Origin: Flectonema sp. DT1601
Taxonomy: Eukaryota
Length of the DNA stretch: 64,000 bases
Assembly (NCBI GenBank): GCA_964019425.1
Contig: OZ025787.1
Span: 930,001 to 994,000 of the forward strand
Direction: 5' to 3'
How positions within the stretch are numbered: position 1 is the first letter of the stretch; every line of letters begins with the position of its first letter. Shown here in pieces: positions 11,763-23,718 of this stretch. The notes below the pieces were generated by a model. The model was given only the letters and a program-made list of their open reading frames with translations. It was not told the origin of the DNA and did no database searches. A program made the position numbers and the translations under genes.

Positions 11763-13309
11763 AATTTTAATAAAAAAAAAAAAGAAAAAAAAACATTTTT
11801 CTGCTGTTCCACGAGTGTTAATTAGCAATATTAGCGGCCATTTCAAACAAATAATAGTTCGTTTGAATTCAGAGGTTAAAACTTTTTACAACCTTTTCTT
11901 CGCACCCTCTTCAGCGAAGAAAGTAAGGGGATACTGCGGTATCAGACACGTCCTATGAGTCAAGAACTGATGGCTGCGGGGCAGAGAACCCAATCACTGA
12001 GATTCTCAAAATCAAGACTCTTTTCAGAGCTGCTTAAAAGTCAAATGAACCTGCTCGCAAGAGAAATATTTTCCCACCTTTCAGTAATCCGTTGGACTTC
12101 TATGCAAAAAAGACTTGCCTAAACCAATAGTAACAGAAATTAACCAGTAAGAAATTAATTTACACAAGTCAGGAGTACTGAAAGAAGTATATAAAAAAAG
12201 AACAACAATGATAACTCCACACCGTACTAGTGAAAAACAAACCAGGAAACCGACCTCACGAAAATAACGATTTTAAAATATAAAAAAAATTTAAAAAAAA
12301 AAAATGATAATAATTTTGGCGGTTTTCCTATTAGGAAGTATCAGATAATAAAATAAAAGAAACCAAAACATTGGCGGGCATAGGTTTAACTAAGCAGGGG
12401 ACAATAGACATTATAACCAATAGCAGTCTGGTGTGTCATCGTACTTGAGCACCCTCACCCGTACCTGAAGCATATAAAAAGAAAGATCTGAAAGAGATAA
12501 AACTAATAAAAATAAACTAAAAGAAAGAGTTTCGAGTTAGGAAAATAGAGAAGGGAATTTATTCAGATAACAGTTGCGGACCCAGGAATTACATCGGATT
12601 ACCGAGAAAGTACTCTAATCCCAGAGAGTATAAATGCTGCTATGGATGGCTCTTTATCCACGTACTTAAGAAGAGAAAGTGAAATAGAGCAAAGAAGACG
12701 GGGAAGCAAAATAACACACCTGTGTGAATCGATGTGAGTGGCATTATCGATGATGAATCTCACACGTTGTCACTCTAGTCCACCTACTTTTGAGAAAGTG
12801 AAGCTTAGAGAAAAATAATAATACAAGTGTAAGACTATTAAGTGGCATTGTCAAAGCAGACACTACAAAATAACACACCAGTAAAGCCTGAACGCCATCT
12901 TTAAAAAATATTACGAATTGGTGCCAGGGGACTAACTCAAAATATTCGCAAAAGGGGCTTATAAGGAGAAGACAGAAGGAGAAAATACAACCTTATGTGG
13001 GACTACAAACCAGGCTTTTTCGAGCGCTTTTGCTACCGAGCCCAGCTCCGCAAGAAAATACATTGCAAAGAGAAGGATAGTTAATCTGATGTTACATCGC
13101 AGCGTCTTACCTTGAATGGTAAGACGACGACTAACTTCAAAACAAAAACAAACAACCGTTTTTATGCGAAAGAAAAAGAAAAAGAAACTACGACAACGTT
13201 TGCAACAAAAAAGAAATAACAATAATTGGTTCTCATATTTCAAATTATGTAAAAAGAAAAGATGCCATGTATCGTACTAATGGCGTTTTGTTAGTACCAA
13301 ACTCTTACT

Positions 13310-13780
13310 GAAGGGGTGAAACTTTGACAATGTAAAAACAGTAACAACTTTAGGTATTAAAACAAAATTAATATCAAGTACTTGACCAAAAAATATTTGT
13401 AGTTGTTAAGCACTTTTGAAAAAAAGAAAAAAGAAACATAAAAGGGAAATGTTTTTTTTTTTTTGTCTTATTTACCAGAAGACGTTGTCGAATCTGGTAA
13501 TTCGGGGACCGCGTATCATCAGGTTGAGCGTCCCATGCCCTGTAGTCCGTTACAATTTACACTTAAACAAAGTTAAAAGAACTTTCCTATTATACTAGCG
13601 GCGCATTCTTTTGTTAAAAGTATAAGGTTTCGAGGATAGTCTAAAGTTCGTTTATGCGGGCAAGGTACATTGTGCACGTCTTTTCTCCCCGAAGGGGGTG
13701 AAACTTTGACAATGTAAAAACAGTAACAACTTTGATACTAATATCAAGTACTTGACTGGAAATATATTTGCAGCTGTTAA
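13310..13780. repeat. Local direct duplication (~13310-13409 and ~13691-13780)
   Basis: ggggtgaaactttgacaatgtaaaaacagtaacaacttt and taatatcaagtacttgac occur in both copies in the same order. Confidence 0.85.
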
Positions 13781-14369
13781 TCAAAGAAGGGGTACATTTT
13801 AGAAAAAATAAAAAAAGAATAGGAAATATTTTGTTTTGTTTTTTAATTGATTAGTCTCCCTGAAGGGGGAAACAATATGAAAAAAATAATCAAAAGGAGA
13901 GAAAAAAAAAAAAAAAAAAATTGTATATCGTGAAGAAGGAAGAGTGAAATGGGAAACATTAAAACTTTTATTTTTTTTTTTTAAACTTATATATATATAT
14001 ATTTTTTTTCTGTAAACATAATGAGTATATTAATCTATATCAGATAAAAAGCTAAATACATAGAAATTCTAGTTGTTTTATTTATCTTATTTATATTGTT
14101 TGTTTGCTTTTGTTCTCAATTCAGGCAGTCATAAAACTGCTAAGTGTTTTATAAGGAATGTATGTTGCTATGTTGATCTGGTTGTCTGTAATTGAAGCTG
14201 GAGTAATACACAATCTGTAACCAACTGTGTACACAGAGATGCGTAAGACACAACATAAAATTTAAAAAAAAAAAAACTAACCAACTAATTAGTTTCAGCA
14301 AGCTACATGAAATACTTTCAGTTTTCTTCTTTAAGAAAGGGGAAGATTTCTTTTTGTTGTTGTTTTTTT

Positions 14370-14400
<31 letters not shown>

Positions 14401-14427
14401 GAAATAAAAATCGCAAAAGGGAAAGAA

Positions 14428-14458
<31 letters not shown>

Positions 14459-15383
14459 CGGAGAAAAAACGGAAAAAATGACAGAACAAAAAAACAGAAG
14501 CTGAAACGGAATAGAATATGGCATATTGCATAGAAACATAATAGACTACTGGTTGGTAGAACATAATCAAAGTTACATCGCATTGCCTGAGTCTTGTGTT
14601 TGCTTTAAACACGTAGCACTACCTACATAAAAGCATATATAAAAAACAATTTTCTATTCCTGTATACAATTACTGAATTTCTACAAAGAAAAACAAGTGG
14701 GTAACAGGGAAAAAAAAAGCATAGAAGCTTTACTAAACAACAGACGAATAATCCAATAGTAATCAAACAGATTTTTTTTCTATGCATTTTTTTCTTCTTT
14801 TTTCAGAACTTTCGTTTTAAATCAGGACAAGCACAAGTTAACTAGTAATTAAATTCAGCTAGGAAACTCACAGAGAGGTGTTGTACTATAACGATATTCG
14901 AAAGAAGAATTTGCAATTCAGATATGGTATAGCAAATAGCAAGGGGTGTAAAGTACAACTGGGAGTATTCTGTTGTACTGAAAACACACAACAGAGACAG
15001 CAGACCAAGCAGGTGCTGCAATATATCGTTAGTTGCAATTAGAAACAGTACCGCGACTAGTATCGGGTACAGGATAATAACATATAAAATAAAAATGAAA
15101 AAATTTTCACGATCGGAAAATTTCAGTCCGAAGGCTGAATTCAAAATACTGCTGTGATGGATGTTATTAGTGTGAGTAAGAAGTAAAAAGAATTAGTTAA
15201 AAGCCAACCTCTCAGTTGCATCATGCGCAGGCTGAACATGAACTCGGCTTACGATATGAGCGCACCACACGATTTGCTTTAACAACAATTGAGTTAATCG
15301 TTCGATAAGACATCTGTAATAACCGCGATAGTAGATAGTATTATTAACAAAAAACGAGAGTAGATAGATAGATAAATTGATAT

Positions 15384-16105
15384 CAGCCAATCCACTAAAT
15401 ATGGTCAAAAACAAGCCGTTTTTGGCTTGTACAGCCAGTAAAACTAGGGGTGGGTTAAAAAGTCGATCGAGCCCGTTTTTTGACCCATTTTGGGGGCAAT
15501 CTTTCAAATGCCACATCGATCGAGAGTTGGAAACTTCTCCATAAGTGCCTGTTAGTACAAAGAGATTGCCCAATACACTGTCACGCACCGTTACTGCGCA
15601 GGATTTTTTAATTGTACAACCCGAGAGGGTGAAGTACTTGAATCCCACTGATCTGGCAGATTAAAATGCGTCAGATATCGAGCAAAATGGACTTTACATT
15701 GGCTTTCTACTGGTACTTGATGAGCTGCTAGCAGTTTCAAGGGATGAATCGCGCAGCTCAGTAGTTTTATAAGATCAAGTTGGTAAACTTCATTTGCCCA
15801 TTTCTTGATGGTGTAACCTTCAGAGTCAACTTTGTCCTTCTCACGGCCAGTAGGACAGTCCCAGAAGAGATTCCCTTGCTGCCGCGATAACATGGAATTA
15901 ACTTAAAGGAGTTGCCCCCATCACACCTGATGTGCTGATGGTTGTGGGTGTGTTTCATCCGCTATTTTCACTTTAATATACTTGTTTTCGAATGATATTT
16001 TGGTGGATCAAAGGGGAATCGGGTCGAAAAACGGGTTGCTAAAGCTAAACGTGGGACTTGAACAAAAAAAGGCATTTTTTGTGTCCAAACTTAGTAGAAT
16101 GGCTG
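15384..16105. mobile_element. Degenerate TIR transposon derivative with coding-like remnants, flanked by ATAT
   Basis: Left cagccaatccactaaatatggtcaaaaacaagccgttttt versus reverse complement of right end cagccattctactaagtttggacacaaaaaatgcctttttt. Internal inverted pair cccgttttttgaccc / gggtcgaaaaacggg. atat at 15380-15383 and 16106-16109. Confidence 0.7.
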
Positions 16106-17087
16106 ATATATCCTGTCCTAGGACTAATTAATTGTTTCGGGAGGGTTAGGCAGATGAATTTCTATAATAGTAAAGTTATATTTCTTATCGATGGATTACA
16201 CCCTACAAGTCCTATGACTCGTAGGTTGTTACAGCCATTGTTAGCTAGTGTGGAAGAGCCTTGGAACTATCGGGAAAACCTAGGAGACAAATCAAAGGAC
16301 AAAAGATCGTTGAACCACTACGCAAGAACTGGTAACGAAGGCCGCAACGTCTTTCCTACACCAGATATGTGTGTGGGTTAATATGAAAAAAGAAAACGAA
16401 TAGAGGTGGAAGTATTGCCTACAAGCCCGCAAACTTGCAGGAAAAAGAGAGACACGAAAAGTCTTTGTCGGCAACTAGGTTATTAAATTCTTCTTTTTTT
16501 TTTTTTTTTTTTTTCAATTTATATTGTGTGGATCGTAATCTTATTTTTATTTTTTTTTATTTTACATGTTTAGGTGTTTCCATACAACATCAAAGAAAAC
16601 CAACCAAGTCACATCAACCTAACGTAGGCGATCAACCGTAAGATCTGGGAAAGAGGGGTTAACATGCGTCTGATATATTTTTTTTTGCTTCCGGATTTTC
16701 AAATATTAAACCAGATTAAGATTGGCATCTGTGTCTCGGCAGCTTAATAAGTGGTTTCTTTCAAAACGAAAAAAATAAAAAAAATAAAAATAAAAATAAT
16801 CAGAGGTAACAGGTTTTAAGAAAGTAGGAAGGGCTTTTGTGCCTACAACAACAACAAAAAAAAAACAAAAAGAAAAGTCAGTGGTGATAAGATCCGTAAT
16901 ATTATTATCAAGTTTCTCTTATGTTTTTGTTATCACTTTTAGAAATGTAGTACTTTTTTGCCGATGCGAACATCAGCGACCGAACCTACTTTTACTGAAA
17001 AGTCAGAGGGAGTTTACGTTTGTCTTCTAAAAGGTAAACCAAAAATATAAATTAATCCTTCCAATCTCAGAGATTGTTTTATAGCTT

Positions 17088-17625
17088 CAGCTGGATGATC
17101 GACTCAGCCCACCTTGTCAAGGGATTTGAAATAAAAGTTGAAAACAAAAAAAAAAAAAAAGAAAATAACGAAAGGGGAGTTGAATGTCTGAGTATATTTA
17201 TGAAAAAATAAATATCTGTATTTATTTATTTATTTATTGTCAGAGTTAACTAATTTAAACGTTAGTTGCGATACAGTTGACTAAAGGCAATGTTAGTATT
17301 GGTAAACACCCTGCAGATTTTACATTGTAATTTATATTTCTAACTTATCTGCATACACATTTATCTTTCAGGGAGATGGGAATAATATATAAAGTATCTT
17401 TTTCTATTTCATGATATAAAAATCTTCTTCATGAAATAATTACACGTGTCTGTCACCATACCACAAAAGCAATAAAAAACCCGGAACATGATCGGGGGCT
17501 GTTCACCCCCCCCTCTAATTGTCCCAAGCATTAATATTGCAAGGGCCTTAAAAAGAAGTAGAATAACTATACCCCATTCGTTAGAATCAAAAGGAAGCTC
17601 AGTCAGTTTAAGGTCTTAGCTGCCT
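17088..17625. repeat. Dispersed repeat family, copy B (longest; central part shared with copies at 21.4, 29.3, 50.3 and 56.0 kb)
   Basis: Outer parts match 7398-7765. Inner part (gatacagttgactaaaggcaatgttagt..ggtaaacac.ctgc) matches 21355-21435, 29290-29545 and 50278-50385. Confidence 0.8.
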
Positions 17626-17748
17626 CAGACCCAAAAGTTTCGTTTGGGAAAAAATATTTTTACACAATCGTGGAGAGTATGTTTTTTTCTTTTTTCTTTT
17701 TTTGCACAAGGCTGTAACAAGCAAGGGGAAAATCTTGAGATTCACAAA

Positions 17749-17788
<40 letters not shown>

Positions 17789-19002
17789 AAACAAAATTAG
17801 TAAAAAAAGGGATAGTTGGGACATTAAAATATTCCCCAAGGCTAAGTTAATTGTTTGTGAAACTACGAGAAAAAAAAAACAATTGTGTAAAATTGTTTTC
17901 ACTCGGGCTGCCTTAACTTGGCAACAATGTATGCTTGTTGTTCGCGATTCATTTTTTTTTTTTTTTCTTCTTTTTTTTTCCAGAAATAATAATTTAATTA
18001 TTGAAGGAGAAAAAAAAAATATATAAAATAAAAGTGCGCAGCGAACTTTTTCTGGAATACGCAACAAAAAAAAAAAAAAAAAAAAAAATCTTAACTGTGA
18101 ATCTACTTGAATCTATCATGGTGCGTAACATGGTGTCTCTAGCAAAAGAAGATTTTAGCTGCGAATTGCTTGATTATATAGTAACACATCGAAAATGGTT
18201 TTTTAGTTCCGTAATATTACTTTATTTTATTAAATCTTTCATTTTTCTTTCTACTTTTTGCATTCCGTCACAGACGTATGACGTATTGGGTAATAATAAA
18301 AAAAATTTTAAAAAAATTAAAAATTAAAAATAAATAAAAAACGCATTTTCCTTGATTTTCGTGAATAAAATAGAGTGTGAATAATTCTTTCTGGAATTAT
18401 AGAACCTTGGGACACCGGTAAACAAAATAAAAGTTCAAAAAAAAAAATTTATGTGTGTATACATATCCCTCGTACATTATTCACTCATATTAAACAACAA
18501 AAATAAATAAAATAGCGCAAGCGAAAAATTTGTCTGGAATCCGTAAAAAAAAAAAAAAAAAAAACGGGTGGAAAAAAAAGACGGATTGGTAGCCAGCTGG
18601 GAAAACCATAAAGACAGAAACAGCCTATTAGTTAATGAGAATGTGTTCTCGGTGACAATCGCTAAAACAAGAAACGAGAGAGGCCCTTTTCAGTGTAAAA
18701 ATGGGAAGTCAACTTATAGTGCAGAGTAACTGAAAGAAAAAGCAAACATGAAGAAATGATCTCTTACCATCGAAGTGAGAAAACAGAAGTGATCACAACA
18801 TAACCGGGCGTGCTGCTCACGTTGGGAGAGACACAACCTTGCGTAAGTAGAGAAAAAGTGTTTTTTTTTTTTTTTTTTTTTTTTTGAAGGAAACAAAAAA
18901 AAAAAAAAAATTAATAATAATAATTCTTGAAAAACAAGAAGCAATAAACCTTCCGTTGAGATACACTGCCATCAATCACGCGGCAGGGGAAGATCTGCAA
19001 TC

Positions 19003-19039
<37 letters not shown>

Positions 19040-19935
19040 ATAGGCTGTCAAGAAGTACGATAAACCTCAGCTCAACAAAAAAAGGAACTCAATATAGAGT
19101 GGGGAAGATTCAATCAGTACCATCACCATTTGGCAAAGAAATGAAAAAAAAAAAACGAACAAAAGGACACCCACAAGTTAAAATAAGACTAGCAGGTATC
19201 TCTTACGTTCGATATAAGAAAATGGCGCGTATGTTATGGCAGGGTAAGACTAAAATAACGGGTAGACCTCGTCAGTTTGCATAGTGAAGCTTTGCCACCG
19301 ATCGCAGCTCGGTAACCTGAACAGAGAAGTCTCGCCAAACGGTCACTGAAAGAAGCTATGTTAACGTTCGTAGTGGAAAATGGGCTACCGACGGATAGGA
19401 CGTGACAGGACAGTACACTTCTCACAGTAATTTTATTTTATTGCCGACCTTGCGAAGCCAAAGTATTAATACGTCCAATGAAGTCATGACGTGTAAGGAA
19501 AGATTTGGCCTTTATTGCTGCTGACATTCATAGCAATGCATCACTGCCTTCAATCATGCAAACAATAAAAGATACTTTGGCAAAAAGAAAAAAAGTTCAG
19601 GATCTGTATAAGATTTCTTTGGTTCGAAAAAGAAAGGATTACAGATTATAAAAAAAATAGGATTAAAAATAAGTCGAAATATGGGAACAGTCGCGTAGTC
19701 AAGATCAGGCAAGGAAAAATTCACTACCAACAGAAAACGTGTTGTCCGTCAATGAAATAGTTAAGAAAATCTATCATAAGATTCATCAGGTTTGAACACA
19801 AAAAAGAAAACTGGTGGAGCGCTGCCATCGATCATGCAGCAAGTAGAAAAGAACATCTGACTACAGAGGTAGTATGCCAATGGTAATAAGAAAAATCAAA
19901 AAAAAGGATGGAAGTGTGATTTATATTTAATTCCT

Positions 19936-21066
19936 TTACGAGGTAGCAATACTGTCGGATGACAACGATGTTCTCAAAGTTGTGTCGCATTCTTCTTCAA
20001 AAGAAGCGGCTATTTTTGACTTGCATTCACTGACGCATTGCCAAAGCATCTCACGAAGCTCTGCTGGTGGAGTCTTTTCATCAGGCTGACACACATCTGT
20101 TAAAACAGTTGAACAAGATGGTTCTTCTTCAGGATCATGTAATCCATCAAAGTATTTATGAGACAAAGCAGACTCCGCAGAGAAACGATCTGCTGGACTA
20201 AGCTTAAGCAAACCTTCCAAAAATTCAATCGCATCTTCGGGAACATCAGGTAGAGAACTTCTGAGACCGCATCCTCTTGTTCTTGGAATCTCTAAGATGA
20301 ATTTTAAACCAATGTAACTACCATTATGAAGACCGTGTTTTAGTCCTTGTAATTCCTTGTTTGTTGGTGTACCGATAACGTTTGTGATTGAGTGAAGAAG
20401 AAGAATGTAGTTTTCTCCCTTAAAAAGGAGCTTCTTTGTGAACATCTCAGCAAGTATACATCCAACAGACCACATATCCACAGCTGATGTGTATCTACGT
20501 GACGACAACAACAGTTCTGGAGGACGATAGTTTCGTGTGACCACATATTCAGTCATGTCTTCTTCATCAGTACTTCTGGATAGACCGAAGTCAGTGAGCG
20601 ATAAATCACAATTTTTATTTACTAAAATATTGCTCGGTTTCAAGTCTCTGTGAAGAATCCCTGCAGAATGAAGGTATTTAAGTGCTCTACATACTTGATA
20701 CATTAAGTACTTAATCTGGTCAAGAGTCAACATTTGACCAGAGTATAGTATTTTGTTCAAATCGGTGTCCATGCGTTCGGTCACCAAGAAGATGTTTTTT
20801 AAACCAGAACCAGTACCCTCTGTGACTATATCATGAATACGAATAACACTATCGTGATTGATACTTGTTAGTAGAGCAATCTCTCTCATTAATCTGGTCA
20901 TTAGCATAGGGTTGTCACTTGCTGTTACTTTCTTTATTGCCACATCGCCACCATCTTCAATACATTGCGCTGCGTACACAACACCATAAGTCCCTACACC
21001 GATACGTCCAAGCTCAGAATATTGTGTTGTCACTTCAATCGGCAAACATTCAACCGAGTTTGGCAT
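19936..21066 (-). CDS. ERK-like mitogen-activated protein kinase, TEY activation loop, intronless (376 aa)
   Basis: GVGTYG, VAIKK, HRDLKPSN, DFGLSR, TEYVVTRNYRPPE, LHDPEEEP. Confidence 0.95.
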   Translation of the reverse strand: MPNSVECLPIEVTTQYSELGRIGVGTYGVVYAAQCIEDGGDVAIKKVTASDNPMLMTRLMREIALLTSINHDSVIRIHDIVTEGTGSGLKNIFLVTERMDTDLNKILYSGQMLTLDQIKYLMYQVCRALKYLHSAGILHRDLKPSNILVNKNCDLSLTDFGLSRSTDEEDMTEYVVTRNYRPPELLLSSRRYTSAVDMWSVGCILAEMFTKKLLFKGENYILLLHSITNVIGTPTNKELQGLKHGLHNGSYIGLKFILEIPRTRGCGLRSSLPDVPEDAIEFLEGLLKLSPADRFSAESALSHKYFDGLHDPEEEPSCSTVLTDVCQPDEKTPPAELREMLWQCVSECKSKIAASFEEECDTTLRTSLSSDSIATS

Positions 21067-21354
21067 TTTTGTGTATTTAATATACTATTTACGTTTGAGG
21101 GTAAAAACCTGTTATAAATTAAAAATTAATATGATAAGATCAGGGAAGGAAAACTACAGTGAAAGGATTACTCCAAACAATTCATCAAATATGACTGTCT
21201 GGCGGGGTATGGAAGTTACCCACCCTAAGTAACCCCAACATAAACACCTCGGGGAGGGGTCAGAACAGTGCTCGGTTCTTGTCAGTAATAACGACACTCG
21301 TAATGCGAAGAATCGAGGGGGGTTTAACTGTTCGAGTTTGTACGTAAAATACAA

Positions 21355-21455
21355 ATGTATTGTTTCATAAACAACATAACGATAATTTAACATTAGTTCT
21401 GAGATACAGTGACTAAAGGTAATGTTAGTGTAGGTCGCGAAGAATCGAGGGGGGT
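21355..21455. repeat. Fragment of the dispersed repeat family
   Basis: gatacagtgactaaaggtaatgttagt matches ~17270-17298 and ~29380-29400. Bracketed by a direct repeat gcgaagaatcgaggggggt (~21305 and ~21437). Confidence 0.65.
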
Positions 21456-23718
21456 AATTTGATACTGCATTTTCAAGCTCAAAAGGAACAACAATTTCTC
21501 CGACAATCTTGACTGTCAGCGGCAGCGTAGTAAATGACTGCAAATATATAAATAATACCACTGGAGGCCACGTGAACATAGTTGAGCGCCACTTGCCTAT
21601 GTTACCGTAACAGCTTTTTATAAAACTCATGAGTACTTAATTAATACATTATATTGTCTTGAAAATTAACCATAGAAAAAGACGAACACCAGGAAGGGGG
21701 GCGGCTCTTTGTCAATAGCCGTATATACTGGTATTTGATGATACGAAAACTGTATTAAAAGTAGTTCAAGATGGCGAAACACGTTGTGAAATAAATAAAC
21801 GTAGCACATCTCACTACTAACAAAAAACCTAAAACAAAAAGGAAACGTGATAACCCGCATATACGGTCAACAGCCGGTAAGTGGCAAAGTGCCATTCCCT
21901 CGCTACACTCCACTCCCCCTAGCTGTCACAAATGTAAATCAAAATGCCCTTCATGGCTAGTCACTACAATTAAACTTCCCGGGGGCGACGGGATTGGAAA
22001 TAAAAGAGGGAAAAGAAAGATTGTCTTCGATCATGCCGCTCCAAAATTAAAAAAGGGGCGAGCAAAACATCCTCATAATTCACACAGGGAGAGGGGGACA
22101 CCACGCGGACTAGCCGCCGTTTTTTTGCTAATTTTGTCCCTTGGGAAGTGCATTAAACTTGTCCACTTCAACGGTGGATAGCACGCACAGTCTCCCGTTC
22201 CTGCCCAGACCTAGGCAAAGTGTGTAACTTTAAACGTGGGTTGCATAAATAATTAGGAAAGCAACACTGGATGAGTGGTCAGTTGGGGGGGAAAAAAAAC
22301 GGTGCAATAATAAATAATTTTAAAAAAAAAGAAAAAAAAGATTTTTTTCGTAAAATGATGTAAAGGAATTTCATCATCCGATGTATTCGCTCTTCTTTTT
22401 TTCTTTTTTTTTTTTTTGCAGTATGTTTTGAATGACCAAAAAAAAAAAACTGCTCCCTCAGTGAAGAAGTGATAACATACCCTATTGTGATCCTTAGCGA
22501 GTACACGCTGTTCATTGTAGAAACAAATACAAAGAATGGACCACGTATTAGGTATAGAGGTTAGGGATTTGTCTGATAAAACGCTCAAAGCGCATTTCAA
22601 AGGGAAGTTGAAAAAAAAAAAAAAAAAAAAAAGGGGGTACGAGACACTACAGGTGAGACTACCAGCCTTAGAAGCTGGAGATCCTGGTCTTTAATCGAGT
22701 GAACAAGATTTGTTCATATGACACAGGGAGAAGAGAGAAACACCTAGAAATTAATTTACTGTCAAAGAATGATCAGATAAACTATCAAGTACAATATAAC
22801 AAATTTATTTGTTCAGCTACTCTGTCTCGAGCAAAACAACTTCCTGGCAATATAAACACACTGAACATACTGCTTAAAATATATAGCGTTACAAGCAACC
22901 CGGTGGGGCCTCTTTTTTTTTTTTTTTTTTTGATTCTATAGGTCAACCATTAAAATAGCAGTATTTCCGACAGCAGAATAAGACGCAAGCAGAACGATCA
23001 ACGTGGGGGAGAAGATTGCCTACCCCAATTAAAAAAAAATAATAAGAATTCGTTGTTTTTTTTTTTTTTTTTTTTTCATCTTAATTTATTTATATGTGCA
23101 GTTCAAAAAGAAAACTACCCTCCCGAGCACCACAAATAGTGTGGAGCAAAGAAAAGGACAACTTAAACAAAAAGCCCTCAAGGTAATGGATTTCTTTCCT
23201 TGAGTTTTCCGAATAGCGTTGTGTTGGGTTGCTCATTAGAAGTGATACTACGGAACAAAAAAGAAGAAAGAATAACACAGAAACGAAAAGAGATCGAATA
23301 GGCGAGAAGAGAAATGAAATACAAAACACAAACAAGAAAAGGCAGGAAAATAATTATCCAAATTACCTTTACACACAATTGAGAAGAAAAAAAACAGAAA
23401 GAATAAAAAGACAAAATTCAAAAGTAGTTAAACAAACTCGTTAGCAGGGGGAAGATAAAAGCAACCCAAGAAAATGATATTAAAAAAAATTAGTTTTTTT
23501 TTTTTTTGTTTTTTTTTTATTATAACTAATGTCTAACTTCAATCACTATAACGACTTACCGAAAATGACAAACACACAGAGAGAGAGAGAAAGAGATAAA
23601 GAGAGAAACATGAGGATGACTAACGAAAGGGGCAATCTTTTTTTTTTCAAGGTTTTTTACAACACGATCCGTTCCAGACTTAGTGTGAAATATATAAAAT
23701 AAAAAAAATGAAAACAAC

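Noticed and set aside
12885..12940. tggtgccaggg resembling part of the trypanosomatid ingi/L1Tc 5' signature (HDV-like ribozyme)
   Set aside because: Only about 11 nt match and the complementary CCCTGGC 5' strand is absent; compatible with chance.
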